Source of the DNA: Octopus bimaculoides
Taxonomy: Eukaryota
Assembly: GCF_001194135.2 (NCBI RefSeq)
Contig: NC_068992.1
Span: forward strand, 14,583,503 to 14,647,502
Reading direction: 5' to 3'
DNA length: 64,000 bases
Shown here: in pieces, positions 25,720-39,285 of the stretch
Position numbering within the stretch: the stretch's first letter is position 1
Layout of the letters: each line of letters starts with the position of its first letter
Translations under genes and position numbers: made by a program
The notes under the pieces: generated by a model
The model's input: the letters and a program-made list of their open reading frames with translations, nothing else
Told to the model about the DNA's origin: nothing
The model's database searches: none

Positions 25720-26030
25720 ATGGCACTCTTACAGGTCGGAGGTTGAATGTGTCAGAGTAATTTTATACAATAGTTTGAGTATCCTTTCTCTGAATGTACT
25801 CCAGGATGTCTGTGTTTTCAGCACCATCCCAGATGTAGGTGCAGTGCTTCAATGGCATTGGAGTCTAAAATATTTTCTGGTCTTGAAGGGAAGGGTCAAA
25901 TATTAAGGATGTGGTCCCAGCCTTGAGAGACTTACACTAGTTTAGAGCCTCAGTGATAGTGGAACTTCACATTTGGAGTGAGCCTGTTCAAGAACATATA
26001 ATGCAATGATGTTTTCTCAAGACAATGATT
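25700..26030 (-). pseudogene. Decayed LINE RT C-terminal fragment (CR1/L2/Jockey-like)
   Basis: LKHCTYIWDGAENTDILEYIQRK resembles the post-RT EYCCHIWDGA...LDRIQRK motif. Confidence 0.55.
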
Positions 26031-26089
26031 GCTTTATTTGTTATAGCCTCACGCCTCCAATATTGTAGTATGGTTGATATTGTCAACGA

Positions 26090-28180
26090 TAGTTCTCACC
26101 AATTTTTCAATATCCCAGTCTATAGTTGGCCAATAGATGCAACTCCTCATCAGAGCGTTCACCCTCAATGTTCCTGCATGTCTGCTGTAAAATTGCTGCA
26201 ATACACGTTTTTGTAATGTAGTCGATTCTACAACTCTTTGCGTTCACATTAGAATATCGTTGCATATTGAGAAACTACTTGAATTTGTATTTTTATTCTG
26301 TTTATTTTAAAGCTTCTTTCATTTTTGTAATATCTTTGTTGCCTACAGATTTCATTCTTATATCCTGTGCAGTGACCAGCAGCTCTTGGACAACATTAGT
26401 CATAATACTTTTTGTTTCATTTTCTGCCTGCAGTGTGGCTGTCACAGTATCTTCTAGTGATTCCATATTTTTAGGAATTAGTTTTAATAGATAGTCTACA
26501 TGAACAATTTTTTTGATGGAATATACTGCATTTTGAAATTGTAATTAGGTAATATTATACTCCAACATTGTAGTCGGTTCATTGTATTGGTAGGTAACCA
26601 TTTCTTTGACCTATAAATTGATAGCAGTGGTCGATGATCTGTTTGTAACAGAAAACTTCTACCATGTTGAAACCTGTGAAATTTTTTCTCAGCAAAGATA
26701 ACCGATAGGGTTTCTTTTTCTATCAGACTGTATTTTTTCTCTCCCACTATCAGCGAGAACAAAACATGAATCACTGGTTTTGTACTTCCATTTTTATACT
26801 TGTGTAGCAAAACTGCTCCTATTCCATACTCCGAAACATCAGATGCTACAAAAATGTCCATTTCAGGATTGAAATGCGCTAGAGACAAATCTGCAATTAG
26901 AATTTTTTTTTCTTCAAATGCGTTTTGGCATTTAACCGACCAATTCCACTTTACCTCCTTTTTTTAATAAGTCATTCAATGGAGCTCTTAATTTGTGCAT
27001 GTTAGGAATGTAATTTTGGTAGTAGTTTGCCAAGACACGCTTGTAGTATTGGTATATTTGTCAGAGCAGGCATATTCTTTATTGTGTCTGCCCTCGATAG
27101 GTCAAGCTATCTACCATTTTTTTAATCAATTATTTGCCCTGAGTATTTAATTTGAGGCCAAAAGATTTTGCATTTTTCTTCACTCAAAACAAACCTATAC
27201 TCTTTAATTTTCTTGAACACCGCTTTTATATGCTCCACGTGCTGTTCACGTGAATTACTCTTAATCAATATATTGTCCAAATAAGGTATTGCAAATTCAC
27301 AATCTGATAACATAGCGTCCATGATTTACTGAAATATTGCCGGTGTAACCTTTAATCAGGTATATCTGTACAATCCTCTATGTATCTTTATTGTTAGAGA
27401 CTTTGAGCATTTGTCATTTACTTTAATCTGTAAATAAGCATCAAACATTGAATTTAGAGAAAATTTTCCCACCATTTAATTTTTCAAAAATGTCCTTTGG
27501 ATTTGGTAGTGGATGGTGACATGTCTTTAAGCAGTCGTTCAATCCTGTAGAGAAATCACCACACAGCTTAATCTTGTTATTTTTCTTTTTAATGCACACC
27601 ATGAGCACCGTCTATTTAGAGTAATCCACCTTTTTGATGATGCTCCTCTTTTCTCGTCTGTTCAACTCTTCATTTACAATTTCAGTTGCCATGAATGGTA
27701 CTATTTTGATTTAAATACAGGCATTGTGTTTTCACTCACTTGAAAGCAGGCTTCAGTCTTATTACATAGACCCAAGTCCTCTGATAGTACTAGAAGAAAC
27801 AACTTTTTCAGTTTTCTCTTCAATTCCTTCGATGATTTATTTTTAACGGGACAACTATTTATGTTTTTGCAGTAGACACTTATGGGGAGGTACCATAAGT
27901 CAAATAACTCCAACCAACCCCTGTACCAAACATATTGATTGTATTCTCCACAATTAATATTTTTGCTTTGCATGTTTCTCCTTGAAATGTGACATCTGTA
28001 CACATTTTGCCCATGAAATGTAATTTATCAACTGTCACACCATGCACGATTTTCGCTGTTTTATGTAACTTCAGTTTCCTGATTTTCTCCATGTGTCTGC
28101 ATTTATGATTGAAATATCACTACCTGTATCCAACTGTAGTTTAATATTTACACCATTTATTTTTATTTTTATGAATTTTC
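26090..28180 (-). pseudogene. pol remnant (PR-RT-RH-IN N-terminus), many stops and frameshifts
   Basis: LQLDTGSDISII (protease), AIPYLDNILI (YxDD eroded to YLDN), VASDVSEYGIGAVL...TDHRPLL (RNase H), and RHAGTLRVNALMRSCIYWPTIDWDIE (integrase zinc-binding region). Confidence 0.92.
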
Positions 28181-28249
28181 TTGTTTTTGTGTCACATTCA
28201 CTTTCTGCTGAAATTACCTTAGAACTTTTTGCGTTCGATCCTCATAATC

Positions 28250-29130
28250 CTGTCCTGCAATGTGAGCTCTTGTGACCAAGTTTCTGACAACTATAGCATT
28301 TTTGATTTTTAAACGGACTCTCTTTTCTGAAGTGTAGGCCTCCACATTCATAACATGGATTGGGGCCTGGTACTCTTTTTTGGTTGTACTTTCTGGGTCG
28401 ACACATTTGTATTTTTGCAGAATCTTTCTCTTGAATTTATTTCACATCGTGCTTCAGGTTTACCATTGTTTGATATTCTTCTGCAATGGTCTGTAGAGTT
28501 AAGTCTTGGTTCACTTACTCCATTTTTGAGAGAATCTTTGCCCAAATTTCTCTATCTTTGGTTGCTGTAAAGCCTTGTACGTAGATAAGGGATTTAAACA
28601 TATCCTGATTGAGTTCCTGAAGTTTAAAGTTTTCACACATATGGTTGACTACTCCGGTGTATGAAATAAAGTCATCATTGTCATTTTTTGTTAAATTCCA
28701 ACATATAATTCGAGTGTTAAATAACAAACTTTTGTCATAAAAGATCTTTGATAGTAATTCAATAGTTTCTTGGAAACCAATCTCACTCGACTTTCTGGGC
28801 AATATAAAATTACAGTAGTATTCATGCTCGGCCGCAGCTACCTTGTGTAGTAATAGCCTCACTTTCTCCTTATCTGGTTATGGCTTGCAATTTTCTCATA
28901 CCTTCAATAGTATGCAGGAAATGTAATACCCCCCTCTGGATTATGAATGAATTCAGAAATCGAGTTCGCCATGCTGTCTGGTGGGAATGAGCTCAACTGA
29001 ATTTTTAGACGTCCTTGTCTGTAACTCAGTTAACTGTTGTAATATTTGCTTCTGCAACTCCTGTTGTTGTTCCTGTTGCTTCTCTTGAAGCTGTATTGCT
29101 GCAGCTAATAGGTTCTCCATGATTTAATAA
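28250..29130 (-). pseudogene. gag remnant
   Basis: KVRLLLHKVAAAEHEYYCNFILPRKSSEIGFQETIELLSKIF...; the second knuckle CYSCQKLGHKSSHC is retained. Confidence 0.85.
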
Positions 29131-29177
29131 TTTGTATGATTCACAAATGGTCAAATAACCTATGTGAGCTTTGGAAA

Positions 29178-29190
29178 ATCCTTGTCACCA
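29178..29190 (-). promoter_or_regulatory. Primer-binding site, tRNA-Ser(GCU)-like
   Basis: TGGTGACAAGGAT two bases after the LTR. It equals TGGCGACGAGGAT with two CpG transitions, complementary to the ...ATCCTCGTCGCCA tRNA-Ser 3' end. Confidence 0.75.
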
Positions 29191-29192
29191 GA

Positions 29193-29485
29193 TGTTATAT
29201 CCTTACATCTCCAATATCGTAGTATGGTTGATATTGTCGATGATAAAGAATGCACTGTAACAGTGTTATAACAATACAAAATAGAAACAGCGGCAGTAAC
29301 AAACACGCAATGAACCAACGATCTTTTACGAACCAACAATCAATATTTCCAACACCCTCAAACTGTAAACTGTACCTAGACTTCAAAGACCAAACTATGA
29401 ACTGCCGACTGCATCAGACCGCTACTGTCTATATGCAGTGGTCCCATCTTTTCTCACTAGAGGGTGTCATACTCTTGCCACAACA
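29193..29485 (-). repeat. 5' LTR (293 bp)
   Basis: Minus strand begins TGTTGTGGC and ends TATAACA, directly before the PBS. Its last 53 bp match 26039-26091 with 7 differences. Confidence 0.85.
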
Positions 29486-29909
29486 CTTTTTTTTTTATTC
29501 GTTGTTGTTGTTAAAAGACAAGATTAGGATGGCTTTACTAGAGTCTGCTTTTGAGGCCTTCTTTCATAAAATTAGTGCAGGTTTGACATGTGGTTCTTAG
29601 ATAGCATGTAAAAGATGCAATGGCTGGGTAAGTTTAGTGAGAAATGAACATTCACTGTTTGTCTTCACCTCCATATGCAATACTCACATTGTCAGCCTAC
29701 TTCACATAGAATTCTGGCATTAACAGACTTCACCCCAACACAGTGTCATTTGGCATATTTTGTTTATTCAATTTTTCTCTCACCCTCATGACATATTTAA
29801 CCTGTCACACTGCACACCATACAACTCACTTTCACTGCAGACTGCATTGTATATGTGTCTAGACTCCAATGGTGCATTGTGTACATGGCCAGATTGCAAC
29901 ACTGCATTA

Positions 29910-29940
<31 letters not shown>

Positions 29941-30902
29941 GTGTGTATATACATCGTTGCTATTATGTTAAACTGTCATATCCAAATTTGGCCAAATGTG
30001 GGTTTTTCCAATATTTATTTTTGCTTGCAGTAGCCGGTTCTTTTGGTCAAACTATCCTTTCTCCAGTTGCTTCAGGTGCCAAGATATCAAAAATTGTCGA
30101 AGTGTAGTATAATGGTTTTGCTATGGAATGGTGAAACAACTTTTCCGTTTTCTGGAAAAAAGCAATGTTTTGGACTTAGAAACTTTTGCATAATAGTTTA
30201 GTGAGTATATGAGTGTTTGCATTGTTAGGTTGGTGAAGTGCTGATTAGGTGTGGGCTGCATGTAAATGAGAAATGAACTCTCACTAAATATAACAATTTT
30301 TATTTTGCTGGAGATTCGTCGCAAGATGTTATGGCATTCTGGCACGTACAGTTTAAACAAAAACAGAGTGAGCAAAAATATCGTCAGATGGTACCTACTG
30401 TGAGAGAGGCATCGTGTTACCATGTGCAGAGCTCTGAAGCAAAGAAAGGGAGCTAGCAGTCCTAGCTGTGGGCAGTTGGCTACCTGACAGCCCAAAAGGG
30501 AAAAGAGGAAGAGTCCTGCCAGTCGGGCTCCTTATATGCCTTTCATCACTTCTGTTAAGGGCTATTTGTGTTTTGCACATGTGGTGTGGCTGCCCGCTTT
30601 GTCCCTTCCGTGCCTTCTAGCCCTGAGATAATCCAAGCTGGCATGACAGGTATGCTACAATAGCAACAATATGTATATAATGTTACTCTTTTGTTCTTTT
30701 ACTTGTTGTACTCATTAACCTTTAGCTGTGGTGGGCACCACCTTGATTAATTTTAGTTGAGCAAATCAACACCTGTAATTATTTGTTTTTTTAAAGCTTG
30801 GTGCTTATTCTAATGGTCTTTGGTCTCTTTTGCTGAATTGCAGTTACAGGGATGTAAACACACTAACACTGGTTCTCAGTCGATGGTTGGGGACAAATAT
30901 AG

Positions 30903-30940
<38 letters not shown>

Positions 30941-30993
30941 CAAACTATTACACCGTTTTTAAACACCTTTACTCAATCTAGAGTGAAACATAT

Positions 30994-31170
30994 GGAGGCT
31001 TAGTGGTTAGGGTGTTGGACTCACAATTGTAAGACTGTGGTTTCGATTCCAGGATCAGGTGATGTGTTGTGTCCTTGAGCAAAACACTTCATTTCACATT
31101 GCTCCAGTCCACTCAGCTAGTAAAAATGAGCAACCTTGCAACAGACCAGTGTCCCATCCAGGTGGGGAAT
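30994..31170 (+). mobile_element. SINE, family B head + tail 2 (short)
   Basis: B head/body followed by gcaacagaccagtgtcccatccaggtgggga. Confidence 0.8.
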
Positions 31171-31405
31171 ATACGAAGGAGTGGGGGTGAGTAACTGAAA
31201 AGTATCTGGTTCTAAGGGTTTCAGGAAAGGCCTGCCTGGATGCCCAACCTTCTGAGTTCTTTTATAGGGCTTAGAAAAACTGAGGGACCACTGCAATAAG
31301 CATGTGAATCTGAGAAGGGAATATGTTGAAGAATATCATAATTAACAGATCTTCCTGTATTTTCTTTTACCGAAAGTCAGGAACTTTTCTGCACCCCATC
31401 CTGTA
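31171..31405 (-). mobile_element. Mariner-like MITE (reverse copy of the 41931-42420 family)
   Basis: Reverse complement of cacacctattgcagtggtccttcagtttt..., with TIR remnants ctgaaaagt and aggaacttttctgcacccc..ta. Confidence 0.75.
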
Positions 31406-32096
31406 CACTACAGAATCTGGGAATCTGACCTTATAAGCCCTTGGCTTAGGGAGGACTTTTGACCCCTTTTTCAGAGTGAAGTATATCTTGATATTTTGTG
31501 TTTCATTTGATACAATTCTCTGTACAGTTGGATTGTCTTGGGTCTTGTTGGTTCCAAAAGCAATGGGCATAAGCAATAACAATGATGCTTGCAATAAAAA
31601 CCAAATTGTCAGTGGCAAGGTTTGAACCCATGACCTTTTGCATCAGATGTCTAACACCCTAACTACTTGCAGCTACTGTTTCACCTGTTAGTTTAATACA
31701 AGTGTCTTTTTTTTTCGTTTCTACTTTGACACCAGTGTCAAATCCTTGATGTTTTCTTAATTAAAAGACACCACCACCACCTCCACCAACACCACAACAA
31801 CAACAACCAGTCAACAAAGGAACTTCTATGGGGTTGCTTCACCTGCTAGAAAAAGCAGCCATATCTCCCTCAAATCACATCTTACTACCTTAAATAAAAA
31901 AATATGAACATTGGCTAATTTATAATAGCTGCTGATANNNNNNNNNNNNNNNNNNNNNNNNNNNNNNNNNNNNNNNNNNNNNNNNNNNNNNNNNNNNNNN
32001 NNNNNNNNNNNNNNNNNNNNNNNNNNNNNNNNNNNNNNNNNNNNNNNNNNNNNNNNNNNNNNNNNNNNNNNNNNNNNNNNNNNNNNNNNNNNNNNN

Positions 32097-32143
<47 letters not shown>

Positions 32144-32789
32144 AAAAGATGTTATGGTTGGAACATTATTGATCATAGGTCTGCTTGATTGGGTCTTGCC
32201 TTGGGTTAAACAACAGGAACAATGCCCACAATTGTTAACAATGAAAACAAGAACTGCTGCTCCCACTACCACCACCACCGCCACCACTGCCACCACCATC
32301 ACTTCTATTACTTTCTAAACACATTCCAGTCTATATATATAAATGAGATTTTGAGTATGTTAAGCAGGTAACAACTGGTTTGTTTTAAACATTCAATATA
32401 TCATGACCAGCCAGCCAGCCAGCCAGCCGTCTGCCACTACTTCATCCAAACACACTTCTAACCGATTCTACATATTCCAAACACATACAAGTAATCACAT
32501 AAGTAAAACTTATATATACGTTAGCTATAATAATTTTGTGTTTTTTTTTGTTTTTTTTTGTCAAGTGATTTAATTAAAATTTTCTTAAGAATTTGTTCAC
32601 GCGACTTTAAGCTGTTCAACATTTTTCAAACATCATCTCTGAGTTCAAATTTTGCCACGGTTGACTTTGCCTGTCATTCTTTTGGGGGTCAATAAACTAA
32701 ATACCAGTGAAATTCTGGGGTCGATGTAATCAACTAGTCCTCTCCCCCAAAACTTCAGGCCTTGTGCCTATAATAGAAAGGATATTTCA

Positions 32790-33070
32790 AACATCATCAT
32801 CATCATCATCATCCTTTAACGTCCATTTTCCATGCTGGCATGGGTTAGACAGTTTGACAAGAGCCAGAGAGCTGTATCAGGTTCCAGTCTAATTTAACTT
32901 GTTTTCCACGGCTGGTTGCCCTTCCTAACACTAACCACTTTACAGTGTGTGTTGGGTGCTTTTATTATAGCTTCGCTTGAGCGTTTCAGCATGGCACCAA
33001 CATGAATGCTTTTTACATGGCACCGGCACATGGCTCTTGCAGGCCAATCCTCTTCATCAAGTGGAGTGGT
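32790..33070 (-). mobile_element. SINE family C, diverged
   Basis: catcatc...tttaacgtccattttccatgctggcatgggtt...cccttcctaacactaacc. Confidence 0.8.
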
Positions 33071-33071
33071 C

Positions 33072-33260
33072 TTAACACTTCTGTTGTGGAAGACAGGGTT
33101 TCTTGAGTACAGCAAGGGACCATGTATCTTGGTCCTTTGTCATTTCATCTGAAAGGTTCAATGTCCTGAGATTGTCCTTCATTACATTGTCCCATGTTTT
33201 CTTGGGTCTTCCTTTTCCACATGTTCCATCCAGTTTGAGAGATGAGCGTTTCTTTACAGA
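33072..33260 (-). pseudogene. RTE-clade LINE ORF C-terminus
   Basis: LKLDGTCGKGRPKKTWDNVMKDNLRTLNLSDEMTKDQDTWSLAV matches the G.R.RGRP.K.W...D....W terminal motif of RTE ORFs. Confidence 0.85.
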
Positions 33261-33274
33261 AATATTCATTTAGA

Positions 33275-33460
33275 GCAGTGATTCTCAACTGGGGTTCTTC
33301 TGACGCTGGGGTTCTTCTGACCCTGGGGGTCTATGTAAAATTTCTGGGGGGTCCATACAAGCAAAATAGAAAATTGGAAATCCATGGTAGTATTTCAAGG
33401 GTCCATGTAAAGTTTTAGTTTAAATAACTTTGAGCCTCAAGTTAATGTGTGAATAGCAAA
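33275..33460 (+). mobile_element. hAT (Charlie-like) MITE left end
   Basis: cagtgattctcaactgggg resembles the CAGTGGTTCTCAA TIR. The right TIR was not found. Confidence 0.4.
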
Positions 33461-34172
33461 ACAGTTAAACAATAAAAAATTTTATAATGGTGTTTGGAAC
33501 TGTTATGATGTGGTGTTTTCCACAGTTATAATGTGTGGCCACTGTTGTGACTGTAGCTGTTGTATCTACTCTAGTTTCCACTCTAAAACATGATTGTTGT
33601 ACAATAGAACCTGGGGCTGTCTCAGGTGAGTTGGTATCAAACGGTTTAAACTACTAGAAATAGCAGCTAAATTTCCATCATATCACATTCTCCTGTCTTA
33701 AAAATTAGAAATATACATTGAGTAAATTGGTCATAGATACAATATGGGTGAATAAAAAAAAAAGTCTTTAATCCTTTAATCTTGTGTTTGATCAAGCTTG
33801 ATTTGGATGGGATTAAACACTTTTCTGGCAGATCTACTCTGTTTCAAGTAAAGGATTGATGATAGGAAGGGCCTCTGGACCTTAAATACTGTCTCAGGAG
33901 CAGCAGCAGTAGCAACAGCAACAACAACAACACTTCTGCCACTACCACCACCACTACCACCACTGTCAGCTTTACCTCTATCAACCTAGTTCTTCTTCTA
34001 GAACAACGGTAATGATGATGTTGATAATGATGATGATGAAGATAGTTATAGTGATAATGAAATATTTTTCCCAAATATTTAACCTTGCAAAAGCAGTTCA
34101 TCCGTTTTTTGCTGTTTTGGGTGGGTGGAGGCTGGGGGTTGTGGGGTTTCGGGCAGGGAATTACTGAAAGTC

Positions 34173-34206
<34 letters not shown>

Positions 34207-35231
34207 AACGAAAATAGAAAAAAACGAGAAATAAAGAAGAAAACTAATTTATTAACCAGTCATGATATAATAAGCAAAATAAAAACAACAAACAAAGAGT
34301 AAATAAATGAACACAAAAATGCAAAAATGAAGAAAACAAGAAAAGGAGAAAAATCAACCTGAATTAACGAAGTATCAAGCTGTCCATCTGTTTTAAGTTA
34401 ACACCAACTGTCAGATGTTATGAAATTTAACTAATTTATGATAACCATTCCAGCTAATCATCAGATTGTTAAACAAACTTGGTAAATAGTACAACTCCGG
34501 TTCCATCCCATCCCATCACACTTTTCTTGGTTGTTTGTTGTTTATTCATGGAATATGGCAATGATGGTAAATCAGGAAAAAGGGGAAAGAAGGGGCAATG
34601 GAAGGGGGATAAAAGGGGAAATGTGGAGGTGGGATTATTTAGCCGTGGGTCCTCCATTGGTTTCTATGATGAGTGTTCAGTCAAGTTGTTCTGTCTCTTC
34701 TGCATATTTGGTTTTTTAATTTTGTTGTCTTTAACTTGTTGCAGTCATTGAACTGTGGCCATGCTAGGGCAATTCCTTAAAACGTTTTTCTGACACTTAA
34801 CTCTGGTACTTAATCTGCTTTTTCATTTTTTTCGAATTCTTTTGCTGAACCACTAAGCTACAGGGCCATAAACAAACCAACACTGGTCATCAAGTGATGT
34901 GTTGATGTGCAAACACATACATACACACGCACATAAATGCACACACACATGCGCCCATATGGTAGGTTTCCTCACAGTTTCCATCTACCAATTTCACTCA
35001 CAAGCCATTGACCAGATCAGGGTGAGAGTAGAAGACACCCAAGGTGCTGTACAGTAGAACTGAACCCAAAATAACACGGTTGCAAAGCGAGCTTCTTAAC
35101 CACCCAGCTGCTAAATGGCCGAGTATTCCAAAGACATGTAAACCTTTAAGGCAATTCCCAAGCCAACTTTGTGTGATAGAGTATATGACAAGGCTATACC
35201 TGTTCAATTACAAGTAAAAAAGAATAGTTTA

Positions 35232-35622
35232 ATTCTTTTATTTGTTTCAATCATTTGATTGTGGCCATGCTGGAGCACCGCCTTTAGTTGAACAAGTCGA
35301 CCCTAGAACTTATTCTTTGTAAGCCTAGTACTTATTTTATCGAACACTTTTGCTAAACTGCTAAGTTATGGGGGACATAAACACACCAGCATTGGTTGTC
35401 AAGTGATGGTGGTGGTGGGACAAGCACAGGCATACAAGCACACACACGTATATATATACGATGGGCTTCTTTCAGTTTCCGTCTACCAAATCCACTCACA
35501 AAGTTTTGGTTGGCCTGAGGCTACAGTAGAAGACACTTACCCAAGGTGCCACACAGTGGAACTGAACCCAGAACCATATGGTTGGTAAGCAAGCTACTTA
35601 CCACACAGCCACTCCTGCACCT
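35232..35622 (-). mobile_element. Full-length SINE family E (tRNA head, CORE-like ccttgggcaagt, internal microsatellite, AT-rich tail)
   Basis: Minus strand aggtgcaggagtggctgtgtggtaagtagc...ggttcagttccact...caccttgggtaagtgtcttctactgtagcc, matching 49775-50193 and 51198-51520. Confidence 0.9.
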
Positions 35623-36054
35623 AATTAATAACAAATTAAATCTTAGGGTTTCACGTTTTCATAGAATCATCCATTCTTTTACTAATAAATATTTTTAATG
35701 GCATTACTTAATCAGCTAGTCCCTGTTTTCTCTCATATGACAGCATCCATACCCTCTCTTCACTTCATACCTGGGCCTGTGGAATAATATTACCATTGTG
35801 ATTATATAGTGATATCTCCTGACCTCCTGGCCCCAACAGACCTACTGTTTAGTTAATTATATTTTGATTAGTCTAATATACCTTTACAACTTTAGTATGT
35901 TTTGGGCAATTGATACTTCAACCTGTCTATTATGTAGCACATCACCTGACCCTCTTGGCATATTACCATACCTTTATATATTATTTTATTACTTCTAATT
36001 ACATTTATCTTGTTAGTGATTTATTATACTTAGAGTTTACTAACTACACCTGTA

Positions 36055-36436
36055 TTGTTGTTGGCACTCCGTCGCTTACGACGTCGAAGGTTCCTGTTGA
36101 TTCGATCAACGGAACAGCCTGCTCATGAAATTAATGTGCAACTGGCTGAGCACTCCACAGACACTTGTACTCTTAACGTAGTTCTCGGGGATATTCAGCG
36201 TGACACAGTGTGACAAGGCTGACCCTTTGAATTACAGGCACAACAGAAACGGGAAGTAAGAGTGAGAGAAAGTTGTGGTGAAGGAGTACAGCAGGGTTCG
36301 CCACCATCCCCTGCCGGAGCCTCGTGGAGCTTTAGGTGTTTTCGCTCAATAGACACAACGCCTGGTCTGGGAATCGAAACTGCGATCCTATGACCACGAG
36401 TCCGCTGCCCTAACCACTGGGCCATTGCGCCTCCAC
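36055..36436 (-). mobile_element. Full-length SINE, family A head + tail 1
   Basis: Reverse complement of 1288-1678, with TSD acacctgtatt at 36046-56 and 36435-45. Confidence 0.93.
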
Positions 36437-36654
36437 ACCTGTATTAACTTAGCCAGAAATACAATCAAATGCTTGTTTGCTCTTATCTGTTATGAGTTGA
36501 CTGATAAGGATTTGGTTTATCTTCTCTTTGCTTTATATACTGTGAAACTTTATAATCTCTCTTGAAATATTAAATCTTTAATGTTACTTTAGTATGATAA
36601 TATTACTATTTATTTTGTTTGTCACCCCTTACTAAAATTAATGTCTACATTTTG

Positions 36655-37312
36655 TTGCTGTGCGATAAGAAGCTTGCTTCTTACATGGTTCCGGATTCAG
36701 TCCCACTGCGTGGCACCTTGGGCAAGTGTCTTCTACCATAGCCTCGGGCCAACCAAAACCTTGCGAGTGGATTTGGTAGACAGAAGCTGAAAGAAGCTCA
36801 TCGTGTATATGTGTGTGTGTATATTTGTGTATGTCATCATCATCATCGTCGTCGTTTAATGTCCGCTTTCCATGCTAGCATGGGTTGGACGATTTGACTG
36901 AGGACTGGTGGACCAGGAGGCGACACCAGGCTCCAACCTGATTTGGCAGAGTTTCTACAGCTGGATGCCCTTCCTAACGCCAAGCACTCCGAGAGTGTGG
37001 TGGGTGCTTTTACGTGCCACCGGCACGAAGGCCAGTCAGGTGGTACTGGCGACGGCCACACTCAAAATGGTGTATATATTTGTGTGTGTGTGTGTGTGTG
37101 TGTGTTTGTCCCTACCCCACCATTGCTTGAAAACCACTGCTGGTTTATTTAGGTCCTTGTAACTTAGCAATTCAGCTAAGGAAACTGATAGAATAAATGC
37201 TAGGCTTACAAAGAATAAGTCTTGGGATCGATTTCTTCGACTAAAACCGTTCAAGGCAGTGCTGCCGCATGGCCGCAGTCAAATGACTGAAACAAGTAGA
37301 AGAATGAAAGAC
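36655..37312 (+). mobile_element. SINE family E with a family C copy (36836-37070, minus) nested in its internal microsatellite
   Basis: E head at 36655-36800, (GT)-rich tract, inverted C tail and body, (GT)n, then E tail to 37312. Confidence 0.88.
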
Positions 37313-38443
37313 TAAAAGAATTTATAATCATATTTTTTAAATACATTCTTTTCTATGTAGTTTCCTGTAGTTTCCTTTCTATATAATAAGTAATTAATTT
37401 TTTCCTCTTTTATTCATCCTGTATTTTACTTAATCTAAGGGATTTGTGTATTAGATTGTCCTACCATTCTCTGATTATTTTATCATCATTATTCTTACAC
37501 TACAAATATATATGTTACCTGCTGCCATATTGTATCCTGTTAGGTTGCATTTCTTTTATCTCACTTCTGGCTACCATTTCTCTTTACTCTTTTATTTGTT
37601 TCAGTCATTTGACTGCGGCCATGCTGGAGCACCGCCTTTAGTTGAACAAATCGACTCCAGGACTTATTCTTTGTAAGCCTAGTACTTATTCTATCGGTCT
37701 CTTTCGACGAACCGCTAAGTTATGGGGACATAAACACACCAGCATTGGTTGTCAAGCGATGGTGGTGGTGGGACAAACACAGACACACAAACATATGCAC
37801 ACACATGCACATATATATATATATATATACATATACAGTACACATATATATATATATCTATATATAAATGAATACATGTGTATGTATATAANNNNNNNNN
37901 NNNNNNNNNNNNNNNNNNNNNNNNNNNNNNNNNNNNNNNNNNNNNNNNNNNNNNNNNNNNNNNNNNNNNNNNNNNNNNNNNNNNNNNNNNNNNNNNNNNN
38001 NNNNNNNNNNNNNNNNNNNNNNNNNNNNNNNNNNNNNNNNNNNNNNNNNNNNNNNNNNNNNNNNNNNNNNNNNNNNNNNNNNNNNNNNNNNNNNNNNNNN
38101 NNNNNNNNNNNNNNNNNNNNNNNNNNNNNNNNNNNNNNNNNNNNNNNNNNNNNNNNNNNNNNNNNNNNNNNNNNNNNNNNNNNNNNNNNNNNNNNNNNNN
38201 NNNNNNNNNNNNNNNNNNNNNNNNNNNNNNNNNNNNNNNNNNNNNNNNNNNNNNNNNNNNNNNNNNNNNNNNNNNNNNNNNNNNNNNNNNNNNNNNNNNN
38301 NNNNNNNNNNNNNNNNNNNNNNNNNNNNNNNNNNNNNNNNNNNNNNNNNNNNNNNNNNNNNNNNNNNNNNNNNNNNNNNNNNNNNNNNNNNNNNNNNNNN
38401 NNNNNNNNNNNNNNNNNNNNNNNNNNNNNNNNNNNNNNNNNNN

Positions 38444-38480
<37 letters not shown>

Positions 38481-39119
38481 CAGTACACACATATATATAT
38501 ATATCTATATATAAATGAATACATGTGTATGTATATAACCAAATGTTTTAGAGAAAAAAAAATATTAATAAAAATAACAAGACAAAAATATGTATGTAGA
38601 TATAATCCCTCTCTTAACTATTATTCCTTTGCTTTCGTATAATGGTATTACGGTATGCTATTGATTGTATACTTCCTCATCTTTTAACAAGATGAATATC
38701 ATCCTCATTTCCAACTTTCCACCTTTTCCACTTTATAACAGAATTCTTGTATTTCTGTCTCCATCAAACATACGCTGAGTAATAAAGCTGGCCATGAATG
38801 GATCTTCGATAGATAAATTTATAAATCAATGTAAATCTTATCTTTCACCTTTAATCCTATATCTCTAGTTGAATTCTATCGTGAGATAAAAGCAACTATC
38901 TTTTTCTTAATTGTGGAGAGGAGACAGTTTGGCTGTCTGTCCCAACTATGCCGACTACCCCCGCCCCCTCAAGATTATAAATCTTGAATACTCTTTTCCT
39001 ACATATGTTGTTGTGATGTCTCCTCCTACAAAACTCCTTCTTAAATTTCATTTCTTTATTGCCCACAAGGGGCTAAGCATAGAGGGGACAAGCAAGGACA
39101 GACAAACAGATTAAGACGA

Positions 39120-39285
39120 TTACATCGACTCCAGTGTGTAACTGGTACTTAATTTATTGACCTCCGAAAGGATGAAAGGCAAAGTCGACCTGGGCGGAAT
39201 TTGAACTCAGAACGTAGCTGCAGACGAAATACCACTGAGCATTTTGCCGGCATGCTAACGTTTCTGCCAGCTTTCTGCCTTAACC
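39120..39285 (-). mobile_element. SINE family F
   Basis: ggatgaaaggcaaagtcgacc...ggaatttgaactcagaacg...gctaacgtttctgccagc. Confidence 0.85.

Larger units (their letters stand above)
26039..29485 (-). mobile_element. Decayed Ty3/Gypsy (Mag-like) LTR retrotransposon, internally deleted
   Basis: TG...CA 5' LTR, PBS, gag, protease, RT, RNase H and integrase zinc-binding domain in Gypsy order. A 53-bp remnant of the 3' LTR remains. No clean TSD was seen. Confidence 0.95.

Noticed and set aside
26034-29490. Target-site duplication for the Gypsy element
   Set aside because: The flanks ttatt and ctttt do not match, and the poly-T tract obscures the site.
30300-30640. Moderately GC-rich open stretch that might be an exon
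   Set aside because: Stops in the candidate frames, no recognisable domain, and no convincing splice pair.
31600-31680. tRNA-like sequence (minus), also near 15180-15225 and 49215-49285
   Set aside because: A/B-box remnants without a complete acceptor stem or cloverleaf; these are SINE heads, not tRNA genes.
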